Of a stretch of 64,000 nucleotides of DNA, positions 8,670-17,324 are shown piece after piece. The notes under the pieces are model-generated. The model saw nothing but the letters and a program-made list of their open reading frames with translations. It was not told the DNA's origin and ran no database searches. The position numbers and the translations under genes were made by a program. The stretch comes from Clostridia bacterium (lineage in GTDB: Bacteria > Bacillota > Clostridia > Oscillospirales > Acutalibacteraceae): the NCBI GenBank assembly GCA_017480115.1, contig JAFVBH010000001.1, forward strand, positions 7,809 through 71,808, read 5' to 3'. How positions within the stretch are numbered: position 1 is the stretch's first letter; the number at the start of each line of letters is the position of its first letter.

Positions 8670-9295
8670 TCTTTTATATCGCGGATATGCACTTCGGACA
8701 CAAAAACGTTCTTCGATTTGATACAAGACCGTTTCCATCCGTAGAAGATATGGATACAGAGATAATCAATCGATGGAACAACAAGGTTCAATCTGAAGAT
8801 ACCGTCTATGTTCTCGGTGACGCGTTTTGGAAAAATGAAGCCGAAAGTATGCGCATTTTTTCCGCGCTCAATGGTCATAAGCATCTCATTCGAGGAAATC
8901 ACGACCGAGTTCATGGCAACCTTGGGCGCCAATGGGAAAGCATAGAACACTATGCGGAAGTCAACGATAACGGACGCCTGGTGATACTCTGTCATTACCC
9001 TATTATGTTTTATAAAAACGCCCGCTACGGGGCTTTCATGCTGTATGGACACGTCCACAACTCCCGTGAATGGGAACTTACAGAAAAGTGGAAACAAGAG
9101 CTATGGGATACAGATATACCCTGCCGAATTATCAATGTCGGCTGCATGATGCCTTACATGGAATATATGCCGAGAACACTCGACGAAATACTTGCCGCAA
9201 ATCCAGGACCGCCGCCGGTTGGAGGACCGCAGAATGACCCAGAAACAGATCATAGAGCTGAAAGAAATCTATCAGAACCTGATAGGGCTTCGTGA
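8666..9295 (+). CDS. metallophosphoesterase no. 2
   Basis: MIFYIADMHFGH ... VYVLGDAFW ... LIRGNHD ... LCHYP ... GHVH. ATGA overlap with the upstream gene. Confidence 0.85.
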   Translation: MIFYIADMHFGHKNVLRFDTRPFPSVEDMDTEIINRWNNKVQSEDTVYVLGDAFWKNEAESMRIFSALNGHKHLIRGNHDRVHGNLGRQWESIEHYAEVNDNGRLVILCHYPIMFYKNARYGAFMLYGHVHNSREWELTEKWKQELWDTDIPCRIINVGCMMPYMEYMPRTLDEILAANPGPPPVGGPQNDPETDHRAERNLSEPDRAS

Positions 9296-9524
9296 TGAAG
9301 CGTATCAGCTTTACTGTGAAGTCATCGATGCCTTTGCACATGGTGGTAGACCTACAAAAGAGCAGCTTGACGAGATTATTGACGGTCTGCTTGAATATTG
9401 CGATGAGGAACGTTTTATTCTACTCTATAAACGGCTTTGCAGGCTTATCTATAAGTTCGCCCCGGAATATTTCGGTGAACACGCGAGCTGGCTCTGCTTT
9501 TCATTGGACGAGGAAGACGAATAG
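9234..9524 (+). CDS. hypothetical small acidic protein
   Basis: GGAGGA at 9221-9226 sits 7 nt before ATG 9234 (MTQKQIIELKEIYQ...). Overlaps the tail of the phosphoesterase ORF in another frame. Confidence 0.5.
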   Translation: MTQKQIIELKEIYQNLIGLRDEAYQLYCEVIDAFAHGGRPTKEQLDEIIDGLLEYCDEERFILLYKRLCRLIYKFAPEYFGEHASWLCFSLDEEDE

Positions 9525-9647
9525 GTGAATTGTGTAAACAGCACATAATAATCGGAGAAATCTTGTGCTTAATATAGCTCCGAAATGACTTGATAAATGC
9601 GTCGATAAGAGCGAATATGTACTGACCTCAGAACAGAGGTTAATACT

Positions 9648-10328
9648 ATGACGGAGGTCCGCAAAATGGACGAACGAATGAAGAACATTGTAGATGACTA
9701 CGAAAACAAGCAGATAGGGTTGGATGATACCTTCCGGTTTCACTGCACAATATGCGGAAAATGCTGTATCAACCGGGAAGATATTCTGTTGAATGCACTT
9801 GACGTTTATAATTTGGCCAAGGAGTTGAAAATCGGAACCGAAGAGGTCTTTGTCAATTACTGCGAGGCGTATTTCGGCCAATATTCCCGCATGGTCATTG
9901 TCCGCCTGAAACCGCGAGGATCGATCAAAAGATGCCCCCTCCTCAAAGATCGGAAGTGCTCTGTTCACAACGCGAAGCCAACCGTATGTGCATTGTATCC
10001 GCTTGGACGTGGAATGGGGGCGTCAGCGGGAGAAAAAGTGGATTTCACAAAAATGGAAGTTCGCTATTTCCTGCAGGAAATAGAATGCGGTGACGATTCT
10101 GAAAAACACACGGTCAGGGAATGGCTGCACGATTTCAACATTGACGAACAGGATACTTTTTATCCGCTGTGGACACAGACAATCACCGATATCGGGAGTA
10201 TGGTCAAGCAGATAGAACCCCATGTAAGAGAACACGTTATGGAGCTTGTTTTCAAGGCTATTATGTTCTGTATTTACCTGAACTATACAACCGAAGAACC
10301 TTTTATGCCGCAGTTTGAAAAAACGTAG
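9648..10328 (+). CDS. YkgJ-type CxxCxxCC cysteine-cluster (zinc/iron-chelating) protein
   Basis: FHCTICGKCCINRED plus KRCPLLKDRKCSVHNAKPTVCALYP. Confidence 0.8.
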   Translation: MTEVRKMDERMKNIVDDYENKQIGLDDTFRFHCTICGKCCINREDILLNALDVYNLAKELKIGTEEVFVNYCEAYFGQYSRMVIVRLKPRGSIKRCPLLKDRKCSVHNAKPTVCALYPLGRGMGASAGEKVDFTKMEVRYFLQEIECGDDSEKHTVREWLHDFNIDEQDTFYPLWTQTITDIGSMVKQIEPHVREHVMELVFKAIMFCIYLNYTTEEPFMPQFEKT

Positions 10329-10416
10329 CATCTTTTATGGAACTGATGAAAAAGAGCGGTATCACACCGCTGCCATTTCTAAAAACCAAGGAACAATAAA
10401 AGGAGGAAATTAACCT

Positions 10417-11061
10417 ATGGTACTGAAAGAGGCATTCCGCTATCAAAATTTTTTAGCGAATCTATTTGATGCAGCAGAAGATAGTCTTTTGGACAGAGAT
10501 CACTGCCTGCGAACAATTAAAACGCACTACAAAAACAAAGCGAACCCGGACATCGAAAGTGAAGATATCGAGATTGTCACAGTCCCTGAGTTCTTTGCAA
10601 ATGATCAAGTGATCGCTTTTATCGTATGGCTCATTGCGGAACGGGAAAAGCTGGCCATAGCAATTTCTCAGGCAAAAGAGTTTGTGGCGACAGAGCAGGG
10701 CTTTGATCTCGATGCAGCCATCGAAAGCAACAAATACCGTCAGAAAGCAGCAAAAGCAATACAAACAATGCTTTCACACAAAGGTGCTGTACGAAAAGAG
10801 CGAGGAACCGATTACCGTTTTAATCTCGAAGGAACACAAGTATCATATTATTACGATATTGATACAAAAACCGAAGAGGCATACGACCGCGAGTCAGCGA
10901 AAGCCACACAAAAAGAACTGTCCAGCGCGGCGGATAAAACCTCAACGCAAATTGATACTCTTATGGTCACAACCGAAGTAGATTATGCTCCGCCATATGA
11001 TGTTAACGACTCTTTTGACGAAGTGATGTCTGATTTTATTAAAACCCATATTAACAATTGA
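10417..11061 (+). CDS. hypothetical protein
   Basis: 214 aa. AAGGAGG upstream. No motif recognised. Confidence 0.6.
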   Translation: MVLKEAFRYQNFLANLFDAAEDSLLDRDHCLRTIKTHYKNKANPDIESEDIEIVTVPEFFANDQVIAFIVWLIAEREKLAIAISQAKEFVATEQGFDLDAAIESNKYRQKAAKAIQTMLSHKGAVRKERGTDYRFNLEGTQVSYYYDIDTKTEEAYDRESAKATQKELSSAADKTSTQIDTLMVTTEVDYAPPYDVNDSFDEVMSDFIKTHINN

Positions 11062-11518
11062 GAGCCTTCCGGCTCTCTGCATCAAGCAGAATTTGTGTGA
11101 ATGAGTTTGAAGCCCTCCTTAAGGTCCTCTCTTTAGGATAGAAACCTTGCGGGTAAAATTCTATTGAGGATTATTCTAAATAATAACAGTACGATTCCAC
11201 CTTTTTGGGATTTCCTGTTCTTTTTTAGATCGGTTTGCCCGGAACCTGGTCTGGGCTCTATGGAAGAATCGTCCCCTTAGATCGATACTCCCTCATTGCA
11301 TAAATTGTCAGTTCGCAGTTTCCCTATTGCACGGCAGGACAGCAGTTCAGTTTATCGCTAAATTACACCAATCAATAAAACCTGTTCAGCGTTGTCTGCA
11401 AAACAACAAGAAAAGTAATGTTTTTGTGATCGTGATCTTGAGCGCAGTGCAGAAAACGAAGGATCGCAAATTCTGTTTGATGGAGAGTGTCGGAATAGTA
11501 TTTTGAAAGGATCGCAAT

Positions 11519-11743
11519 ATGAAAGAAAATAATAACGAGGTTATTTTGACGGTTCGTATTGAGGAAAATCTATATAACAAGGTAATGACGGTGATTACCC
11601 CGCTCGGATTTACAATGGAACAGATTCTCATTACTTTTCTTCAGGAAACTGTACGGCTTGGTGACTTGCCATTCCCCTATACCCAGGAAGATATTCAAAA
11701 GGCAAAAAAGATGGGAGGCGTCGAGGCTGAATGGTCTATATAA
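11519..11743 (+). CDS. RelB/DinJ-like ribbon-helix-helix protein
   Basis: VILTVRIEENLYNKVMTVITPLGFTMEQILITFLQETVRLGDLPFPY matches the DinJ-antitoxin pattern. Its stop overlaps the next start (TAATG). Confidence 0.65.
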   Translation: MKENNNEVILTVRIEENLYNKVMTVITPLGFTMEQILITFLQETVRLGDLPFPYTQEDIQKAKKMGGVEAEWSI

Positions 11744-12468
11744 TGTCGGATATACACGGAAATAAACGGCGGTTTGATTCCATATTACAGCAGATCAATC
11801 TGACCCACAACGATACATTGTATATTTTGGGGGATATAATCGACCGCCATCCAAGTGGGGTCGAAATATTGGAATTTATTATGGAACAACCGAATATTCA
11901 GATGTTGCTTGGCAATCACGAACATATGATGTTATCTGCTATTGACCCCAAGTACAGGGGTTATAATGCAGCGCACTCCTATGACGAATGGGGAACTCTC
12001 CGGCTTTGGTATCGCAATGGCGGAACAATTACGCACGAGGCTCTTAAACGGTTAGATAACGCAAGAAAAGAAAAAATTTGCGAATACTTACGGGATCGTC
12101 CGTTGTATTTTGATATCGAAGTGAATGGAATGAAATACAAGTTAGTTCACGCATATCCGATAGAGTTTTATGGTGAGTATCACTATGAGTACAGCGATCC
12201 CCGTACATTTGCCGTATGGCACAGATATCACAAAGAGGAGCTTGTGCCCGAAGATTATATTCTGATTTTCGGGCATACACCAACAGAAATGTATCAGCCG
12301 AATAATCCGCTTCGCATTTATCACGGCAACCGGGTAATCGGAATGGATTGCGGTTCAGGATATGAGGATGATTCGATTGTCCATGGTGGAAAACAGGGGA
12401 ATCTTGCTTGTTTATGTCTTGATAATGGAGCAGAATATTATTCAGAGGAGAAATTGTGTAATGAATGA
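11743..12468 (+). CDS. PPP-family Ser/Thr or diadenosine-polyphosphate-type metallophosphatase (no. 3)
   Basis: MSDIHGNKRRF ... LYILGDIIDRHP ... LLGNHEHMM ... FGHTP ... MDCGSG. Confidence 0.9.
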   Translation: MSDIHGNKRRFDSILQQINLTHNDTLYILGDIIDRHPSGVEILEFIMEQPNIQMLLGNHEHMMLSAIDPKYRGYNAAHSYDEWGTLRLWYRNGGTITHEALKRLDNARKEKICEYLRDRPLYFDIEVNGMKYKLVHAYPIEFYGEYHYEYSDPRTFAVWHRYHKEELVPEDYILIFGHTPTEMYQPNNPLRIYHGNRVIGMDCGSGYEDDSIVHGGKQGNLACLCLDNGAEYYSEEKLCNE

Positions 12469-12643
12469 TAAAATTAATTGTCAATCGACGATTGTGTCTA
12501 ATTGGCTTCCTCGTATAACTGAAACCTGTGATTTTGAGTTACTTACAGAAGGACTCGTATACTGCAATGGAGAAGCAAAAACAATCTATCTTGCGCCAAT
12601 CGAAGCTATTCAGCGAATGTTGATATACGAGGGAGGAAAATGA
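12461..12643 (+). CDS. small hypothetical protein
   Basis: 60 aa. GAGGAG upstream. ATGAATGA overlap with the upstream gene and ATGA overlap with the downstream gene. Confidence 0.4.
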   Translation: MNDKINCQSTIVSNWLPRITETCDFELLTEGLVYCNGEAKTIYLAPIEAIQRMLIYEGGK

Positions 12644-13911
12644 TGTCTGAATTAAAAGCACCTGTAATTAAACACTATATTGATAGCATGGGAACGAGGA
12701 GTTTTTCTGGGCATCGTATTCAATTTCACGATCAGAATGTCATAGATCCCATTCTCGATAAAATTTTCGCCCTTGTGAGGACAATTAAGCCTTTAGATGG
12801 TGAAAGAACATATTCATTATGGCTTCGCGCTCCTCGTGGTTCGATTGAGGATTACGGGGACTTTGAAGAGTTAAAAGAAGATGGAGTATTTGAAATATAT
12901 GAGGATTTTGTAAACGATTGGGAGAGTTTTTTCCCTGATGAAATATCGTGGTTTTCTATGACAGCAATTTATGAGGCAGATATACAGTTCCGAGCCTTAA
13001 TTTTCGACAATAAATTGGTTTACGAAGATAACCATCGAAGTGAGTACAAATATTGTGATATTAATGCCGCAGAGTTCTTCCAATGGGTCTGCGATGCCGT
13101 TGAAAACTGTATTGCAGAACTTGAGGCGGGGACGTATAACGCTATCGTTAAAGACGAGTTGCCTCTGTTGAAACGCACGGGAATTATATCCCGTAATGAC
13201 TATTGGGATATCTATCCTGAGGAGCGTGCTGATTTTTATAAGTATTTTGATGAAAGTAAACAGAAACAGTTCTTGAGTACTATCGCAAAACAAGGGAAAG
13301 ACTACGGCTCTGTTGGCAGGATTCAAAATATGACGGCAGGTATGTTCTTTGATGCTTGTTCATATGGATATGCCGCCAATCCGCAAGCATTTTGCATTGA
13401 AGGTTTGAGTCCGAAAGAACAATATTACCGCTTTGCAGATGGGAGAGATGATAACCTTGTAGAGGTCCCCCTTGATTCTCCAGAGGCGTTTCATGATTGG
13501 TTGACGAATGGAGAGCTGTTCGGAGGTCATCCTTGGGAAGTAATGCGAGGGGGCAACGCTACCCATGTTGCGCTCTATGTGCATATTGATAAAAAAGGCT
13601 ATTTCTTTTCGCTTGCCGGAAGAGCAATCGGGCGAACCGTTGAAACGTTAAATTTTTACCTTGCACTCTGTGAACATCAGTTACCTGTGTTTCTTCACGA
13701 TGCAGAACTGTTTATAGAGCGATTAAAAGGAACAGAGGCAATCGGTATTGTATCAGAAGATGAAATTCCGAAATATTGCGAGAGCCTGTTCCCAGGAAAT
13801 AATATCCATAGTTTTATGCACCTTCCGTGGGAAGAACCGGGAAAGAGCCTTGTGGTCTCAAAGTGTATTTGGCTCTTTGATGACCCGGTGGAACTAATGT
13901 CAAAGGAATAA
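12640..13911 (+). CDS. hypothetical 423-aa protein
   Basis: Long clean ORF translationally coupled to its neighbours. No motif recognised. Confidence 0.7.
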   Translation: MMSELKAPVIKHYIDSMGTRSFSGHRIQFHDQNVIDPILDKIFALVRTIKPLDGERTYSLWLRAPRGSIEDYGDFEELKEDGVFEIYEDFVNDWESFFPDEISWFSMTAIYEADIQFRALIFDNKLVYEDNHRSEYKYCDINAAEFFQWVCDAVENCIAELEAGTYNAIVKDELPLLKRTGIISRNDYWDIYPEERADFYKYFDESKQKQFLSTIAKQGKDYGSVGRIQNMTAGMFFDACSYGYAANPQAFCIEGLSPKEQYYRFADGRDDNLVEVPLDSPEAFHDWLTNGELFGGHPWEVMRGGNATHVALYVHIDKKGYFFSLAGRAIGRTVETLNFYLALCEHQLPVFLHDAELFIERLKGTEAIGIVSEDEIPKYCESLFPGNNIHSFMHLPWEEPGKSLVVSKCIWLFDDPVELMSKE

Positions 13912-13914
13912 TTC

Positions 13915-14133
13915 ATGAAGGTTATATCGCATTATCCAACTTCAATTCAAGGCAAATTGGATTTACAGAATGCCGTTGCAATTGTGCATGAACAAATCAT
14001 TCTATTGTATGTTCAGAACTTGAATTGCTCAAAGACACAAAAATTAAGGTTGATTGAGCAGATTATAAAGGAGCAATATGGGACATCAGAGAAAAATGGA
14101 GGAACATCGGCGTCTGCGGAAAGTATACATTGA
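13915..14133 (+). CDS. small hypothetical protein
   Basis: 72 aa, starting 3 nt after the previous stop. Its 3' end overlaps the next ORF. Confidence 0.4.
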   Translation: MKVISHYPTSIQGKLDLQNAVAIVHEQIILLYVQNLNCSKTQKLRLIEQIIKEQYGTSEKNGGTSASAESIH

Positions 14134-14329
14134 AACGAGGCACAGTTATGGGGCCGGCGTTTATTTTGATGAGCGCAAAAATCGATACGTCAGATATTCT
14201 GTCGGTTCACAGAGGAGCCGAGGAAAATACCTGCGCAATGTAGCGAATCGCAAGGTCCGTCGTTCCAACAACCCCTCAAACCATGGGGGCTATCGTAAAG
14301 TTTATGATTATTGGTGGGAGCTCTTATGA
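14078..14329 (+). CDS. small Arg/Lys-rich protein
   Basis: 83 aa. AAGGAG sits 4 nt upstream. MGHQRKMEEHRRLRKVY...NRKVRRSNNPSNHGGYRKVYDYWWELL. Confidence 0.5.
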   Translation: MGHQRKMEEHRRLRKVYIETRHSYGAGVYFDERKNRYVRYSVGSQRSRGKYLRNVANRKVRRSNNPSNHGGYRKVYDYWWELL

Positions 14330-15105
14330 AAGAGGAATATGATTTCTCAACGTCGACAAAAAATCCATATTATAAAGCAAAGTCTGCCGATCAAGCGATA
14401 CTTGAGGCAGATGGTAGTATTCAGCTTCCTTCTTCAGTAATGGAGGCTTTTGAGGTTCGTGACGGTGACTATATGATCTTCCGACGTGATGCGAAAGGGA
14501 TCACTATGCACAAATTACAAAAAGATACTGCACCCGATCAATTTCCGTCAAAGAGGTTTCTGGACGAGGCTTTTTGTGCTGTCATGCGCAATGGAAAAAA
14601 AGAGGACATATCATTTTCTGATCTCAAGGTCGATGAACAACTGCAATATCTATCTACATTGAATCGTAAGGAAATAGAAGGGCTTTGCCTATTCCTTGCA
14701 GACACGATTCGAGGTCTTGGCCTTTCCCATCACTTGGATCATTCAAAACAATACGACGGCTCGTTAAGCGGGTTAATTACAGAATTATCCGCAATGTTAC
14801 AGCGCGTTTTGGGAACAAAACTACGTGATGTCATTTTATATGGTTCTTATGCCCGTGGGGATTACACTGAGGAGTCGGACATCAACTTTCTGGTTCTCGT
14901 CGATGAGGATAATGAAACTCAATTAAGACAATACCGCAATGAGATTAGTTCTCCTGTTAGTGTGTTAGGACTTCAAAATGATATCGTGATCTCCATTAAG
15001 CTGATGAAAGTCTCGTTTTTTCATAAATACTGCATGGCAGATCCTCGCCTCAAAAGCGTAAACAACGAAGGAATAACATTCTATCACTCGGAGGATACAA
15101 AATGA
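14326..15105 (+). CDS. AbrB/SpoVT-like domain fused to a minimal nucleotidyltransferase (MNT) domain
   Basis: N-terminal GSIQLPSSVMEAFEVRDGDYMIFRRDAKGITMHKL (swapped-hairpin pattern). C-terminal LRDVILYGSYARGDYTEESDINFLVLVDED (GSxxRG...D-x-D MNT motif). ATGA coupling on both sides. Confidence 0.8.
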   Translation: MKEEYDFSTSTKNPYYKAKSADQAILEADGSIQLPSSVMEAFEVRDGDYMIFRRDAKGITMHKLQKDTAPDQFPSKRFLDEAFCAVMRNGKKEDISFSDLKVDEQLQYLSTLNRKEIEGLCLFLADTIRGLGLSHHLDHSKQYDGSLSGLITELSAMLQRVLGTKLRDVILYGSYARGDYTEESDINFLVLVDEDNETQLRQYRNEISSPVSVLGLQNDIVISIKLMKVSFFHKYCMADPRLKSVNNEGITFYHSEDTK

Positions 15106-15398
15106 TAAATCGTTCTGAAAGAAGGCGTCGTCGCTTAAAAAAGATTCAGCAAAGAGTGCGCCTTTTGACAAACACATCAAGAACGCGGACCGTACTTAAT
15201 TTACCGGAACAGCACGGTTATTTGGCAAACAACAATGAAGTAAATGCTCGCATGGGAGCCGGTACACCACGAAAAACAAACACGCGTAAATCCTGTGCCG
15301 CATACCGACATCATGGCGGCTATGGAAGCGCAACAAAATACAAACCCCATGATCAGCGACAAATTGATGCATTAAAACATAGCAATGAGGAAGCGTGA
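15102..15398 (+). CDS. small Arg/Lys-rich protein
   Basis: 98 aa. MINRSERRRRRLKKIQQRVRL...RKTNTRKSCAAYRHHGGYG. ATGA overlap with the MNT gene. Confidence 0.5.
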   Translation: MINRSERRRRRLKKIQQRVRLLTNTSRTRTVLNLPEQHGYLANNNEVNARMGAGTPRKTNTRKSCAAYRHHGGYGSATKYKPHDQRQIDALKHSNEEA

Positions 15399-15521
15399 GT
15401 TCTGCGCGGCAAACAGCAACATAACGACAATATTAACACATTTGGGAATGTCTCAAACATTACTTTTACGAATTGTTTTTCCCTGAAAAAGTCTGAATAT
15501 GTAGAAAAAGCTCACCGATTC

Positions 15522-15530
15522 TGTTATAAT
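15522..15530 (+). promoter_or_regulatory. extended -10 promoter element for the zinc-ribbon/NDT-like gene
   Basis: TGTTATAAT lies 36 nt upstream of ATG 15566. GGAGG at 15552-15556. Confidence 0.5.
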
Positions 15531-15565
15531 CATTAATTGAATAACGAATTCGGAGGATTTCTAAT

Positions 15566-16612
15566 ATGCAGCAAGCAACAAAATGCCCCGTTTGCGGTTC
15601 TGTAACGGAAACGAGTTCAAACTTTGGAATGAATACCGTTTTTTATGAATGCCCTACTTGCGGAAGATTTGAGCTCAGAGGATACAATGCATTAAGTAAA
15701 TGTGATAGGAATCACCTTTCATCGTATTTGTTTTATCATCGATTCAAAAGCGATGATTACACTGAGTACCGCTACCATACAAATCTTGAAAAGGAAACTT
15801 GCGATCAGTACCGGGCAGAGTTTGAGCAAGGAAATAACACGCACGGTCATCCAGTTCACATGGATGAAGATATAGTAAATAGTTGGTTTCCTCGGTCTTT
15901 TGCAGAAAAAGTCGATGACATACTTTTGCGTATCTTCCAACTAACACCTCACATGGGACAACAGATTCATCTATCTTATGAAGAAATGCTGAGTTTGTTC
16001 TTTATCGACAGAAAAGAACGTGATATGGTGCTTTCATCCAAAACCTATGGTCAATGGTGTGATCGCGAAGAAGATGATTGCATCAACGAAACCCAGTTTA
16101 TTTTAGAATTTCTAAATAATAGCGGATACATTGATTTTAATTGGGGAATAAAGGGTAGCGTCGGGCAAAATCTATTTGTTCGTTTATTACCGAGCGGCTA
16201 TTCAAGGGTCGATGAAATTCAAAAGAACACATCCTATGGCAGAAGTGCGCTTGTCGCAATGAAATTTGGTTCCGATACCATCCCACTTCGGGAAAGCATT
16301 AGAAAAGGAATTACAGACGCGGGTTACATAGCTATCTTCATTGATGAAGTACAGCACAATGACTTTATTACCCCGGAATTACTGAAACACATTCGCGACA
16401 GCAAATTTGTCGTTGTGGATTTGACGCATCAAAATAACGGTGCGTACTTTGAAGAGGGGTATGCGATGGGGCTTGGGAAACAAGTCATTCAATTATGTAA
16501 TGAGGATACGCACCTTCATTTCGATGTCGCCCAGAAGAACACTATCATGTGGAAAGAAGAAGCGGATATACCTGAAAGGTTGACCAATCGAATCAAAGCT
16601 ACGATTGATTGA
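15566..16612 (+). CDS. zinc-ribbon protein with a C-terminal nucleoside 2-deoxyribosyltransferase-like/TIR-like domain
   Basis: CPVCG-x20-CPTCG at the N-terminus. C-terminal ALVAMKFGSD...KFVVVDLTHQNNGAYFEEGYAMGLGKQVIQLC...HFDVAQKNTIMW. Confidence 0.7.
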   Translation: MQQATKCPVCGSVTETSSNFGMNTVFYECPTCGRFELRGYNALSKCDRNHLSSYLFYHRFKSDDYTEYRYHTNLEKETCDQYRAEFEQGNNTHGHPVHMDEDIVNSWFPRSFAEKVDDILLRIFQLTPHMGQQIHLSYEEMLSLFFIDRKERDMVLSSKTYGQWCDREEDDCINETQFILEFLNNSGYIDFNWGIKGSVGQNLFVRLLPSGYSRVDEIQKNTSYGRSALVAMKFGSDTIPLRESIRKGITDAGYIAIFIDEVQHNDFITPELLKHIRDSKFVVVDLTHQNNGAYFEEGYAMGLGKQVIQLCNEDTHLHFDVAQKNTIMWKEEADIPERLTNRIKATID

Positions 16613-16654
16613 CTTCATATTGATCTATTTCGCTGAAAAGGAGGTGATGGACAA

Positions 16655-17266
16655 GTGTCCGACAAGCATTTCGCGTATTCCGGCGATCCCGAAGCGCGCC
16701 GACCAATGCATCTTGTGGATGAGGGGTTTCAAGAGTTTAAGCGAACAAGCGCGATAGCCGGATTCTGCCATTGCCTTATTCATACCGGTTACCTAACCAT
16801 TAACGCAATGGAACGTCATGATTGCATTAACAAAGATTGTGTTTTCTTTGAGAAGTTTAATGATTTTCCTTACTGGCTCAATGAACAGCGCAAGGAACAG
16901 GAACGCCTGAAAAACCGTAAAATTAAAGAGAAAAAGAAACAACGCCAAGAAAGACATCAATCTGCCCTGCAGGAGAAAACCGACAAAATATTCAAAGCTG
17001 CGGAAACAATCGCGCGTGAGTACGAGTATCCAATTGTAATTACGAGAGTTGCCCCGTTAAAAGACGAGAGAAATAATTATAAATACATTATTAACTATGT
17101 TTCAAACTATCCCGGTAACGATTGGTATGAGTATCACACGCTTGCATTTATATTGGGTTATCATTATGGTGGTTTTTACATACTGAGGCACACGAAGAAA
17201 CCGAACGGCGAGTATGCGACCATTTCAGATTGGGAAAACAGAGAGGGTAACACAGACGTTTCTTGA
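16655..17266 (+). CDS. hypothetical protein with a Lys/Glu-rich central helix
   Basis: GTG start 10 nt after GGAGG. 203 aa. EQRKEQERLKNRKIKEKKKQRQERHQ segment. Confidence 0.55.
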   Translation: MSDKHFAYSGDPEARRPMHLVDEGFQEFKRTSAIAGFCHCLIHTGYLTINAMERHDCINKDCVFFEKFNDFPYWLNEQRKEQERLKNRKIKEKKKQRQERHQSALQEKTDKIFKAAETIAREYEYPIVITRVAPLKDERNNYKYIINYVSNYPGNDWYEYHTLAFILGYHYGGFYILRHTKKPNGEYATISDWENREGNTDVS

Positions 17267-17324
17267 AACAATGTTCCCCGTTTGAACTTCAAAAGTGATA
17301 GTAATTTTTTTAGGAGGTAAAAGA

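Noticed and set aside
9192-9295. Programmed frameshift joining metallophosphoesterase no. 2 to the following ORF
   Set aside because: No slippery heptamer is visible in the overlap, and a strong GGAGGA sits 7 nt before ATG 9234. Ordinary overlapping genes are the simpler reading.
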